DNA of 63,549 nt from Vitrella brassicaformis CCMP3155 (taxonomy: Eukaryota > Protista > Chromerida): NCBI GenBank assembly GCA_001179505.1, contig CDMY01000502.1:1-63549 (forward strand), given 5' to 3'. Below are positions 11,052 through 22,589 of this stretch, in pieces. Position 1 is the stretch's first letter. Every line of letters starts with the position of its first letter. The translations under genes were made by a program, and so were the position numbers. The notes below the pieces were generated by a model, which ran no database searches, was not told where the DNA came from, and saw nothing but the letters and a program-made list of their open reading frames with translations.

Positions 11052-12576
11052 ATGGACGTCGTGTATGTGGACCCCGCCTTGCAGCAGGCGTTGAAGGGTC
11101 TGCTGAATGGCGAGGGCTCCAGAATGCCCTGGACGGCCGTGGAGGACCGTCAGCTGAGGTTCCTCGCTGCCACCGGCACCTTCACCTGGGCCGACATCGC
11201 CATCAAGTTCCCACTCAGGACCGAAACAGAATGCCTCGACAGGCAAGCGACCTCTGCCACAGCACAGTGGCAGTGCCACACACGTGACTTTCCCTTGTTG
11301 TTTGTGTGTCGTGTATCTGGTCAGGTGGCGTGAGCTCGAGAATCCCCTGCCGCGTCCCGCTCGTCGGCAGCCCGCCACGTTTCCGTTCAGGAGCGAGGAG
11401 GACACACACCTGCGGCCGATTGCCCTGGAGCTGCTGGCCGAGTGCGGGGGCATCGGGGGCGACACACACGTCAGCAACTGCACCTGGACAGAGGTCGCCA
11501 CCCGACTCGAGAAAATCACCGGTAGGTAACTGACAAAACACAACGCACTCAGACAGACGGCAGGAATGCGGGTTGTGCTGTTGGTTGGTCCAGGCATTTG
11601 CCGCAGCGGCAAGCAGGTCCGCGAGCGGTTCGTCAACTACCTCAACCCGGCCCTCAAGTACGGCGACCTCACCGACGAGGAGGACCAGTACATCCTCAAG
11701 CGACAGCAGGAAATCGGAAACAAGTACCTGTGCGGGGGGGTGGAGCCAGCCAATATAAATCTCACCGCATGCCAGCCACACGCACACAATCGGCACGGTG
11801 TTGTTTGTCTCTGTGTGATCGACGGTAGGTGGAGCACGATAGCCCGCGAGCTGGGACGGTCGTCCAACTGCATCAAGAACCGCTACTACCTCATGACCAA
11901 GTCCAGGAGCAAGCGACGACGACGGCAAGCCGCAGCGCAGTCGCCACCATCCCCCTCCCCCGCCCCCGCCCCCACCCCCAACCCTCCCTCTCCTACCTCT
12001 CCCTCTCCGCCAACGCCAGTCACGCCAGTCACGCCACCTACACCACATACACCCGCCACCCCTTCACCCTCCGACGTCATCCACCCGACCACAGCTCCCA
12101 TCCACATCGAGCCCATCCCACTCGACTACCCCACTCAGCTGGACCCCGCCGTCGTGCACACCGTCCTGGCACTGCTGACGAGCGGATGCCCACCAGCAGA
12201 AGCAGACGCGTCGCTCACCGGCTTGCCTGAGTTGCCGGCAATGCCGCCGACCATGGAGGCGCCACAGGAAGAGGAGGAGCAGCAGCCAGGGGAGGATCGG
12301 CACGACCAGCATGAGGGTGGTGTTGGTGGCAAGAGGAAGCGGGATGATGCTGACAGCAGCGGTGAGGAGGGTCAGCAGGGCGGGGAGGATGACCTGTTCG
12401 GGAAGCGGGCCAAGGTGGGAGGGGATGGGGAGGGTGAGGGGGTGGCGCCTGTGGTGAGTGCGGCTGTGGCTGTGGGGATGCCGTACATGTGCATCCCGTC
12501 GTTTGACGAGAGTTGCGCGTCGCTGTGGCCCATGTCGGCGCCAAACACACCCATACACCGACACGAGCAGCTGTGA
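11052..12576 (+). CDS. Three-repeat Myb/SANT transcription factor
   Basis: Repeat 1 is PWTAVEDRQL...TWADIAIKFPLRTETECLDRW. Repeat 2 is FRSEEDTHL...WTEVATRL...RSGKQVRERFVNYLNP. Repeat 3 is LTDEEDQYIL...GNKWSTIARELGRSSNCIKNRYY. A Pro-rich and acidic tail with a KRKR...KRAKV basic motif follows. Confidence 0.92.
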
Positions 12577-13987
12577 ATGGAGAGGGCAAGCCGGGCGGCT
12601 GATGTACCATGGGTGGTTTTGAAGGAAGAAACGAACGATTGGTTGGTTGGTTGGTTGGTTGCTGCGACTCTCGTGCTCGACAGAGAGAAGTGGTGAGTAG
12701 ATGGCTGGCTGTTGATTGCCTGGATGGATGGCTGGCGGGGCGGCAGACTTGCCTTGTACACACAGAATAGACAGATAGCCAGCCGCAAGGGGCTGCAGAA
12801 TTAGAGAGGAGGATGGATTGGAGGTTGGGTGGGGTGGTTGGGTGCCCTGTGCTGTGGGCATCGAGTGATGGGTGTCGCGTGTGTGCCTGTGTGCTCTTCC
12901 CTCCCCCTTTTCATTCCCTGCTGGTAGTCTGTCTGTCTGTAGGCTCTCTGTACTCTGTGCTCCACGCTGTGTCGTCTTGTGTGTGCACTGTACGCTACAT
13001 ATCTTCATTCATTCGCACATGTAGACCGGCAGATCGATCAGCCGCTGTGCGTGTGCAGTCCGTATTTGTGCTGTGTGGTTAGTTTTAGTCAATCGTATGG
13101 GTCTGTCTGTCTGTCTCTATCGGTTTGCAGCGAGCATCTTGGTGGAGCATTTTTTTCGCCAGTGGGTCGCCCTCTCCTGTGCGCAGTCTTCGTCGTGAAT
13201 GCAATGCATGGGTGGATGTGGTGCGGCACAGGGCAGCGAGAGAGGGGGACGCACGCGGACGGCCGGCCAGTGGGATTTGGTTTTTCCTGAGTAGTCTTTC
13301 TGCCACCTACGATGTTTTACTCTTTGCCCGCCTGAACGTGTGCATTTGTCATATTTGTGTATCGACGATCTTCTCTGCAAACCCTGTATTTGTGGGCCTC
13401 CCTCCCGCCTGCGTGTTTGCTGCCTGTGGTGTGTGTGCGTGTCTGCATGTCCCTCCCTCCCTCCCTCCCTGTCGTCATGGTGTGTCCATGGATGGGGTGA
13501 GCTGCTGACTGCTTAGCTTGATTGGTTGGCTGATGGGCAGCATAGCGCGTACCTGATGCATCGCTAGTCTTGTCTTGTCTTGGTTGATCGTTACCGCCAT
13601 GGGTGTGCGTGTGCGTACAATCGCAACATTGCTCCCACGTCGGGGGCAGTGAATTTTGTAGCTACTCCCCTCTGACTGTATCTTGCTGAGTACGCTACAC
13701 TACACACACCGACTGGACCACACAGACACCACACCCATACACACACTAAATGGACTCATACACTCTCTGATGGATGGATCCTGAGTGCCTCCGGGTCCAC
13801 CTGTGTATCTCGGCTTACCGTCTTCACCACTTATCAGTCATCGCACTACCACACCACACCCACACCACACACCCATACCCACACACGTCAGGCGCTGATA
13901 ATTTTTTGGTTTGACGCGTGCCTGCCTGCCTGTGTGTGCCTGACTGCCTGCCGTCTTGTTTGTGTGCATGGACGCCCTGCTTGGTGA

Positions 13988-14070
13988 GCTGTCTGTCTGT
14001 CTGACTGACTGTGTACTCGATGATCGCACCAACACTCACTTAGAAATAGGTCTGTCTGTCTGTCTGTCTG
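13988..14070. repeat. (TGTC)n/(TGAC)n microsatellite tract, representative of many in introns and intergenic DNA
   Basis: The repeats are directly visible. Similar (GT)n, (ACAG)n, (ATGG)n and (AG)n tracts occur throughout the window. Confidence 0.85.
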
Positions 14071-14797
14071 AATGAATGAAAGGTTTTTGTCGAGTGATGC
14101 CATCCATTGCGTATACAGTGTGGCTGCTGGCGGTGTTTTTGAAAAGGATCGGGATCGAGGCGATTCAACGACATGACATGCGCACACCAGTGATGGACGA
14201 TGTGAAGACAGACACGGATGTGGGCGGGGGCGAGTGCGTGGATGGTGTCAATGTGGCGATGCATGGCTGTGAGTGAGTTGGGTCGGTCTGCGTTTTGGCG
14301 GGGAGGCTAGTCACGTCACACATGACAGACAGACAGACAGACAGACAGACAGGGGATACCATGTACCAGACAGACAGACATCAGACGGGTCAGTGTGGGT
14401 GGGGGGGACCAGCATGTGTCTGTCGTCGTGGGGCTGGGTCGCTTTCCGACTGAGGTGGGGGATGGCTTCTGCTGCGCCAATCAGAAAGATACTCGTCGCC
14501 AGCACCTCAGCCGATCAGCGATTTGTCACACCACGGGTGCGGTGGGGCTATGACGGGCGCTTTCCCACAGCGCGGCGGCCCGGTAATTTTTGCCCGTCTA
14601 TTGGATGAACAGCATGACTGCATGGTGGTAATTGGCGGGAGGTGTGAAAAGAGCAGCAGTGATAGCGGATCGCGTAGCGGATCAGAGCAGCCATTGCATC
14701 ATTGCTTGCATGAGAGCGCATGGGAGTGCATGTCTTGAGGTGCGTGTTGACAGAGGGGGCTTCATTCAACCCACGTACATCCATCACTGATTCACTG

Positions 14798-14889
14798 CCA
14801 ACGTCCTCGATCCCCACGATACTCGAGATTTGAAGTACCCCACAAACGAAACCACCACCAACGTCCTCGATCCGACTCGAGATTTCAAG
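14798..14889 (+). repeat. Two-copy direct repeat with 60-bp period
   Basis: CCAACGTCCTCGATCC occurs at 14798 and 14858, each followed closely by ACTCGAGATTT. Confidence 0.8.
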
Positions 14890-14960
14890 ATCTGAGCTCG
14901 CGGAGTTGTCGTGTCGCTCTTGGCTGGTTGCAGCCGTCCCGTTTGCTCTCTGTCGACAGC

Positions 14961-17350
14961 ATGGAGAAGGCTGCATCCTCTGTCCTGCATCGGAGCCCGG
15001 CGGAGCTGCTCCTCTGTCCGTCGGCGCGGGTGATTTCAAAACAGAACGGCGGCCACGATAGTTATTTCCATCCCACCACGGCCATGGGGGTCTATGACGG
15101 GGTCAGCGGGGTGGCGGGAGTTCCGGGCTGTGATCCAAAGGCGTTCTCGTCGGTGAGATGCAGTGGCAGATGCATTTGGATGGATGGAATGGATGGATGG
15201 ATGGATGCATCCAGTGGGGATGCATCTGCAGTGATCACTGCATCAATTGTCCATGGATATCGTTTCGATGCGTCGACCTGTGTGGTTTTCCGTTGCAGAG
15301 GCTGGCGATGGAGTGCAACAAGGCCGAGAAGCACATCACGGAGGCCGGCTACCAGAGCAAAACCCACACGCGAGCAGCCACGGTGCTCTCCGAGGGCATT
15401 TCGGGGCTCAGAAGCTCCGGGTAAGTAAGACCTTCCTCCATCCATCCATCCATCCATCCCATCGCTGTTGGCTCTGTGTGTTTGTTTCTGCGTCAGGTTG
15501 AGGGGGTCTACGACTGCTGTTTTGTGTACCGTCCACGGCACCAACCTGGATGTCGCGTGCATCGGCGACTCAAGGGTGAGCGTGTACCGTCGCGAGGGCG
15601 AGAGAGGCAAGTTCGTCGAGATCTACCGCTCCCGCACGACCCACTTCAGACCGCACGACACGTTCAACTGCCCGGCGTAAGTGTTCCTTTGCCTGCACAG
15701 GCTGTCCTCCCACGCCACACACAAACATGCCCATCCATTCATTGTGGCTGATTCCTGTCTGCGTGTTGGCTGACAGGCAAGTGAGTCGCGTGCCGTGGGA
15801 GGTGCCGGGCCGCTACCACACCCACTGGTCCCGCGACGCCCCCTTCGCCCCGGCCACACCCGAGAGTCTGAGAGAGCTCATGAGTGAGGAGACCGTGCGC
15901 ATCCGTGTGGGCGACATAGTGGTGATGGGCTCGGACGGGCTGTGGGACAACCTGTTCCAGCACCAAGTGGCCCGCATCATCAACAGCACGCATACGGCCG
16001 CCACACGCGGCACTAGAAGCAACAGCAGCAGCCCCATCGCCGTGAGTGAGGCCGTATCTGATGCTCTGGTCAAGGCCGCGTACCAGTGCAGTATCATGAG
16101 GGACATCCTGTCGCCCTTCACACTGGAAGCGCGAGCTCATGCGAGGCGGGAAGTGGCGAAGATGGGACTGAGTGCGCCGCTGGGTCTGAGGCAGGACGCC
16201 AGCATGTTGGGCGGGAAGGTCAGAGCAACACTCACCTCACTCCCTGCACACATGGATGGATGGATGGCTGCGTACGTGTGTGTGTTCAGCCCGACGATAT
16301 CACGTGTGTAGCAGCGGTGTGCGTTGGGGAGCGGCCGGCGATTGACATGGCCGTGCGGTGCAAGGAGGGCGAGATCGCCCCGCCAGCCCAGCTGGGCCCC
16401 CGTGAGATAGCCAAGATGCTCCCAGACGTAAGCACACGATTACACGCACCACAACGGACTCACACCACTATCTGCGTCTCTGTCTGTGTGGTTTCTATTC
16501 TTGGCTTCCTTGTCTCTACTGCACTGCAGCTGGTGTACCTGTCCAACATGTCGGTCATAACACACCACACACATCCACCCCACCAGCACACACGTCAATC
16601 GATTCATGACGTGTCTCATTTATTTTGTGTGTGCTGATTGACATCCATCCATCCATCAGTGACCAGTACCCCCATCTCGCTCGTGTGGAGGGGCGCTCGA
16701 CAAGCTCTCGCACCAGACAGCTCACTGGCGTACCCAAGAAGTTCGGTGGCGTGAGCGAGAGACCCAACGTCGGCAGGCTCGTGGGTGCCTCTGTGTCGGC
16801 CGCCATGAAAGAGCTGGCTGCCGAGAGGTACGCTGACACGTCCATCACATCACAGCGTATGGACAGCCATGGACAGCCATGTGCACCTTCCCCTGTCCTC
16901 TTATGTCCATTGATTGATCAGTCGCCCCGCCCCCCTCCCCACCCGTCCGGCCCCTCCCACCCTGCACACGGCCCCACCCACACCTCGCCAGCAGCAGCAG
17001 CAGCAGCAGCTACAGCACCAGGGGCAGCACCAGGAGCCTCAGAGCGGCCAGGAGGATGGTGCTGGGGGGTGGCAGGGGGTGGGCGCCGCTGTGGTGGGCG
17101 AACTATCGGGCATAGTCGCCAGTGCCGTGTCTCGGTTCTGGCGGATGCTGAGGTCAGCACAAAGAGACACATTTCTTGTACGTACCTGCACAAATGCTCT
17201 CTCTCTCTACTCCTCCGTGCACATACGTATGTGTGCAGAACGGATTCGCCCCCGCCAACAAGCAGCCCGGCTGGAGAGGGGAGGAAGCGCAAGCACGACC
17301 CCACAGCTCACAACACCACCGACCAGCGCGCTAAGAAGGCCCGCGTGTGA
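14961..17350 (+). CDS. PP2C-family protein phosphatase (PTC7/SpoIIE-like subgroup)
   Basis: Motifs: GGHDSYF, MGVYDGVSG, GSTTAVL, LDVACIGDSRVSVYR, FNCPAQV, GDIVVMGSDGLWDNLF and GGK|PDDITCVAA. A low-complexity C-terminal extension ends RKRKHDP...RAKKARV*. Confidence 0.9.
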
Positions 17351-17677
17351 GTGCGGGTGACTGAGTCAAGGGGGGCTGCTAGATGAAGGGTAGCTGCTGG
17401 GGGAGCTGTAGATTTCTCGGTGGACAGTGAGTGGGTGTGTGAGTGAGTCGGACAATTTGCTCCATGTGTTGAAGGACCACTGCCAACGCCACAATTGCTC
17501 GCGTCAGTTCACATCTACTCTTCAGTCTCAGCTCTCATCTCATCACGCACGGGCCAGCCAGAGAGGCTCCACCCACCAGAGAATGAAAGACAGAAAAGCA
17601 TATATCGCGCACACACGAGAATGCAGCGGACGAGAAGAGGCACATGAGATGGGGCGGTCGGACAGACAGGCAACCCC

Positions 17678-18828
17678 TCACACCTCGTCACCACACGCAG
17701 CACAGCCAGGTTGGCAGGCAGACAGCCGGCCACCGCGGGGGCAGGTGGGGGAGAAACAAGGGCTCATTCCACCACCTAGCACCTCCAACACCGCAGGGCC
17801 ACACTCTCTCTCCCCCAGGCCGTCACTGATGTACACGCCGAACACATAGGGGTCCTTGCGGATGATCAACACCAGGCGCTGGTTGTCGCCCACACAATCG
17901 AGGAGATCGCCGTACTTGGAGCCGTGCACAGTTGACCTGTCGAATCAGACAAACACCAACATGCTTTGGATGGCACCATAGATGTGTGTGTGTCGCTCGC
18001 CATGCCAACGTACCGGCAAAGTGTCTGTCGCTGTGTGCCGTCCCCTTCTATGAGGTGCCGCAGGCCGATCCGCTAGTGCGAGGAAGCACCGGGCGAATGC
18101 TGTGTTGGCCGTAGTAGCGGCTGCCTCAATTCTGAATGCCGATAAGGTCTGCTGAATAAGCTGCGGCCGCCGCTGAGGGCCGAGAGCTCTCGCCGCGAAG
18201 GGATCATCGCTTTTGTGTTGCGCTGCAGCCGCTGTCCTCCCAGCTGCTGTCGTGGCTGCCCCACCGTCTCTGCTAGCACAACAACATGACAGCCATATGC
18301 AGCCACAAAGGGCAGATGAACCACTCGCCTCGGTGGCTGCCTGCCTCACCTATGGGCTGCACCAACGGCGCCTCGACCATGATGATGATGTCTTCGCCAG
18401 CATCGATCAGATCTTGAAAAACTTCTCTGACAGGCAGAAAGGCACACAACAAGGCGTCCACACACATACAGACACGAACGCGACGAACACACACACACAC
18501 ACGGTTTGTGTCCACCTACCTGACGGGCTTAAGTCGGTCGTCCTCCAGGCTGTCGTCTTTGCACTTGAGCTCCCCTCCCGTGACAGACGACCCCTTTCTC
18601 TCGTATATTGGCTGAATGCGACCGGCGACCTCTCTCAGGAGGCCACCCAGCGTCGTATCATCAGACAGCTTGAAGTCCTCTGTCGCCACTCTAGAGCCGG
18701 TTTCTTGGTAGACAACTTTGACCAGAACGGCAAGCTTGTCCGGCAGAGGGTCTTCATCTCTCGCTTCGGCAACTGAAGGCTCAGTCGAAGGCTTACCGCC
18801 CGCCATCGCCGGGAATGAATCAAACATG
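17678..18828 (-). pseudogene. TLDc-domain gene with a putative ubiquitin-like N-terminus; nonsense codon and truncated TLDc
   Basis: The spliced frame MFDSFPAM...LAVLVKVVY...TTLGGLLREV...|EVFQDLIDAG...|...SH*RIGLRHLIEGDGTQRQTLCR|STVHGSKYGDLLDCVGDNQRLVLIIRKDPYVFGVYISDGL carries an in-frame TAG at 18073-18075. It loses similarity to the second TLDc gene after ISDGL and lacks the terminal EVE motif. Confidence 0.65.
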
Positions 18829-19282
18829 CCTGCAGCGACACACACACACACACACAGACAAAGTGAACGGATGAGTCTCCAGATGGAAACGACGATAAGT
18901 GCATGAGAAAGTGCCTCCCTTCCCATCTCTGTATGTCAGCTCACAAGTCGGTCAGCCGGTCAGTGCTCACGTGTTGATCTGGCTCACTGCCCCAGACACT
19001 GACAGGGCTGGCACATCCATTATCGGCAGTGATCATGGCGTGTGGCGGAGTGAGTATGCAAGTGTGTTCTTCATCGTCGTCTGTTTGCTGATGGCTTCAT
19101 TCATCGCTGCTTTAGCCTCGGTTTCAGGGAGCACCCTAGGCGGCCTAGCGGCCAAGTCCCCTGTCGGTCTGTCCAACATGAAAACACGCACCCTAACATG
19201 CAACCCGGACACGCAACACGCAACACGCAGCACGCAGAGGGCAGATGCAGCAAACAGGAGGATATTCATCGCTGCTTTCATT

Positions 19283-19290
19283 TGCGAGCT
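19283..19290 (+). promoter_or_regulatory. TGCGAGCT motif, 112 bp upstream of the BET1 ATG
   Basis: Exact 8-mer in sense orientation. Confidence 0.55.
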
Positions 19291-19402
19291 TGAATCTGAC
19301 GTGGGCCAACAGGGAAGGTGTGATATTCTTGCTTTGTGCTGCGGAGCGTGAGCTATTGATGAGCACTGCTGTATGACCGATAGAAACGTCTTCAAGCAGA
19401 GG

Positions 19403-19826
19403 ATGGCGAACAGGTAACAGAGAGGGAGGGAGGGACAACCACTCCCACACGGCGCCTGTCGGTTTCTTCTGAACGCTGCTTTGGTGTGTGGTTGTGTGCA
19501 GGTTCGAGGTCGACCAGCGCGCCGCTCTGTTTTCGAATTACTCGAAGCGGCGCGACCAGGAGCAGGAGAGGTATGCGCACCACTCCGAGGCCATGATGGA
19601 GCAGGAGAATGACAGATACATCGAAGACCTGGAGGGCAAAGTCTCCACACTCAAAGAGGTGCCCAAACACACGCGCGCACACACACATACACGCAAGCAA
19701 ACAGCCTTGGACTCTGTTCTGTTGGTTTCTCTCTCTCTCTTGCTGCTGCTGCTGCTGCTGCTGCTTCAGTTGGGTCATGCTATCAAGGATCAAGTGAGAG
19801 AGTCAAACACCATCCTCGATGGCCTG
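19403..19826 (+). CDS. BET1: Bet1-like Qc-SNARE (partial; TM-encoding 3' exon lost in gap)
   Basis: MANR|FEVDQRAALFSNY...AMMEQENDRYIEDLEGKVSTLKE|LGHAIKDQVRESNTILDGL| matches the Bet1 SNARE motif (EQENDxxxxxLxxKVxxLK...I..EV...N..L). Confidence 0.88.
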
Positions 19827-19909
19827 GTAAGGAAACACCTGGATGCAGGCGTCAGCCAGGGGAGCAGCATTCAATAGTGTTGTGCTTGCGACCTGTGTGT
19901 GTCTGTCGA

Positions 19910-20209
19910 NNNNNNNNNNNNNNNNNNNNNNNNNNNNNNNNNNNNNNNNNNNNNNNNNNNNNNNNNNNNNNNNNNNNNNNNNNNNNNNNNNNNNNNNNNN
20001 NNNNNNNNNNNNNNNNNNNNNNNNNNNNNNNNNNNNNNNNNNNNNNNNNNNNNNNNNNNNNNNNNNNNNNNNNNNNNNNNNNNNNNNNNNNNNNNNNNNN
20101 NNNNNNNNNNNNNNNNNNNNNNNNNNNNNNNNNNNNNNNNNNNNNNNNNNNNNNNNNNNNNNNNNNNNNNNNNNNNNNNNNNNNNNNNNNNNNNNNNNNN
20201 NNNNNNNNN
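19910..20209. other. Assembly gap (300 N)
   Basis: Run of exactly 300 N. Confidence 0.99.
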
Positions 20210-20740
20210 GCAGCTTCAGCACCAGGGGCAGCACCAGGAGCCTCAGAGCGGCCAGGAAAATGGTGCTGGGGGGTGGCATGGGGTGGGCGAACTATCGGGC
20301 ATAGTCACCAGTGCCGTGTCTCGCTTCTGGCGGATGCTGAGGTCAGCACAAAGAGACACATTTCTTGTACGTACCTGCACAAATGCTCTCTCTCTCTCTC
20401 TCTCTCTCTTTTCCTCCATGCTCGTATGTGTGCAGCACGGATTCGCCCACGCCAGCAAGCAGCCCGGCTGCAGAGGGGTGGAAGCGCAAGCACGACCCCA
20501 CAGCTCACAACACGACCACAGAACAGCCAGCTAAGAGGGCCCGTGTGTGAGTGCGCGTGACTGAGTCAAGGGGGGCTGCTAGATGGGGGGTAGTAGCTGC
20601 TGGGGGAGCTGTAGACTTCTCGGTGAGTGGGTGTGTGAGTGAGTCGACGCGAACAATTTGCTCGATGTGTTGAAGGACCGCTGCCAACGTCACAATTGCT
20701 CGCATCACTTCATATCTACTCTTTAGTCTCAGCCCTCGTC
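20210..20740 (+). repeat. Diverged duplicate of the PP2C 3' end and flank (copy of ~17010-17540)
   Basis: It is colinear, roughly 90% identical by eye, and includes the last intron, the last exon (KRKHDPTAHNTTTEQPAKRARV*) and the 3' flank. Confidence 0.9.
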
Positions 20741-21147
20741 GCATCACATCATGTGGCATCCCATGTTTGGCGCGGCTGCACCCGACGTCCCTCACCTAAC
20801 TCAACAGCGCTCTGCAGCACGCTGCTGTGAGGGGTGAAGGGCTGTGACTTCAGCCACAACCAAAACAGAGATGACGATGAATGTGGCGTCCCTAAACATC
20901 TCTCAGCACGCCACGAGCCTGACTGACAAACCCTCTCCGAGCTCGCAGCAAGTCAGCCATATGTATCGTAGACATCATGTGGGGTCGCCTGTCCGCCTGT
21001 CGGATAGTTGCGACGTGCCCGGCGGACGGACCAACCAAAGAGCACATACACACTTTGGTTGAGGCGTTCCCGGTTCGCGCGACAACTCTCCGACAGACAG
21101 ACAGACAGACAGACCCACGATCGAATGATGGACCTAGTGAGCACGAC

Positions 21148-21478
21148 CTATATGGCTGGGGCAGCCCTCTCGCTCTCACTATGTGCATGAGATGTGCTCC
21201 CCTGAGCCGCCACATCCGCACCCATCTCCCCGCCCGCATCAGCCGTCCCCGCCTCGAGTTCAGCACCTTGTGGCTCATCGGGTGCGCCGGTCTCCGCTTG
21301 GCCGTCGGGGAGGGGGCGGGGGACAAATGGGTTCATGAAGACGTGCTGGATGACGTCAACAGACAGCAAGACAGGGACGTATGCTCTGGTTCGATCCATC
21401 CCCCTGTGCCGGTGCGATCTGACCTTGAGATCGAGTTGGTTCCATCCCTTGGACACCTCACGCTCGTTGCCCCACCTG

Positions 21479-21511
<33 letters not shown>

Positions 21512-22354
21512 TAGGCACACAACAGCCGTCAATCAACCACACGCGCCCAGCACTGCCCTCCGTGCTCCTGTCGACCGTGCTTACCTGCCCTCCCCCCTGA
21601 TGGCCTGAATGGACAGCTTGAGGGACGTGTTGGTGTAGCGGGGCATCCGCAGGGGCGGCTTCCTTCGATGGAACCAACGAAGCGCGTTCATCTGACCTGC
21701 ATGCCGGCAGTGAGCGAAACACACCAACCAGACGGACCAGCTCGTTCGCAAGTCACTACATGAATCAACCGGGGTGTTTGTTGTGTTTTGCTGTGTACCT
21801 TCAAGTGAGGGCTGCCACAGGCCCTGTACACTCCTCTTCTCCGTCCACACACGCGGACCGCCGTGGCGCATGTGCTCGTTGCCAGAATCTGACACACATC
21901 ATCACACCGCAGCACCCACCAAGAGGAAACACCAATATTTATGATATGATGGTCATGTGCTTCTGCTGTCGGGGCAGGTGGGTCGTACGTGAGTTTCTGA
22001 GGAAGTTAAGTATGTCGTCGATGTGTCGTGGCTTGAGGTTCTTGAGGTTGATCCTGGTGGTCGTGTTGCTGGCAAACCCCGCCGTGACCTCGGGCTCCTC
22101 ATACTGTGAGTGCTCTGTCGTCACCGTCACCTGGGGATTCTTCTCGCGCCACTTGTACAGCAAATGACGAAAGTAGAACCTGACACATACATGGATATAT
22201 GCACCCAACACACACAGGCACCAGGAGCCATCCATCCATGCCGGCCTGTAGATGCACGTGTGTTGTGCTGTTACCTGACGCCTCTGCTGCTGTGTCCGGT
22301 CTCGCTGTATCGGATGTTGACGGTCTTGAGCTGCCACACGCCACGACTGCACAT
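21148..22354 (-). CDS. MRPL43: Mitochondrial ribosomal protein mL43 (L51/S25/CI-B8 domain)
   Basis: MCSRGVWQLKTVNIRYSETGHSSRGVR|FYFRHLLYKWREKNPQVTV...EPEVTAGF...INLKNLKPRHIDDILNFLRNS|...RSVQGLWQP matches mL43 (compare plant MALRGVWQL...SSRGIR). Further exons extend to a stop at 21148. Confidence 0.88.
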
Positions 22355-22589
22355 CCTTGGTGCCGCTCAAAGCTACTGTACAAAATACAATAGATCACTG
22401 AGTCTGCCGTTGCTCCCTTGTCATTCTCGCTACTCTGATGGCCTTTGGACGCTTTGAGGGACCGTTTGCCTTCTGCTCCGGAGGTCGGAGCTAAGCCCGC
22501 AGGTGCCAAACGGAGTAAGGCTTCTTCGCAGCATCCAAGCTTTGTTGAAGGCTGGGAGGGCTCAGGACAGGCAAGATTTGCAGGCTCCA

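Noticed and set aside
14460-14620. Sm-site-like GGTAATTTTTG with faint resemblance to the U4 snRNA 3' end
   Set aside because: The 5' U6-pairing region and the central stem-loop are not recognisable. An Infernal/Rfam search would be needed, and the evidence is insufficient to call it.
17450-17540. Minus-strand peptide LRLKSR..RAIV.LA.VLQH.EQIVR present in both duplicated copies
   Set aside because: Differences between the copies are mostly non-synonymous, so the similarity is explained by the DNA duplication alone.
21385-21400. GGTTCGATCC T-loop-like sequence (possible tRNA)
   Set aside because: The flanks do not form a T-stem or acceptor stem, and it lies in an mL43 intron.
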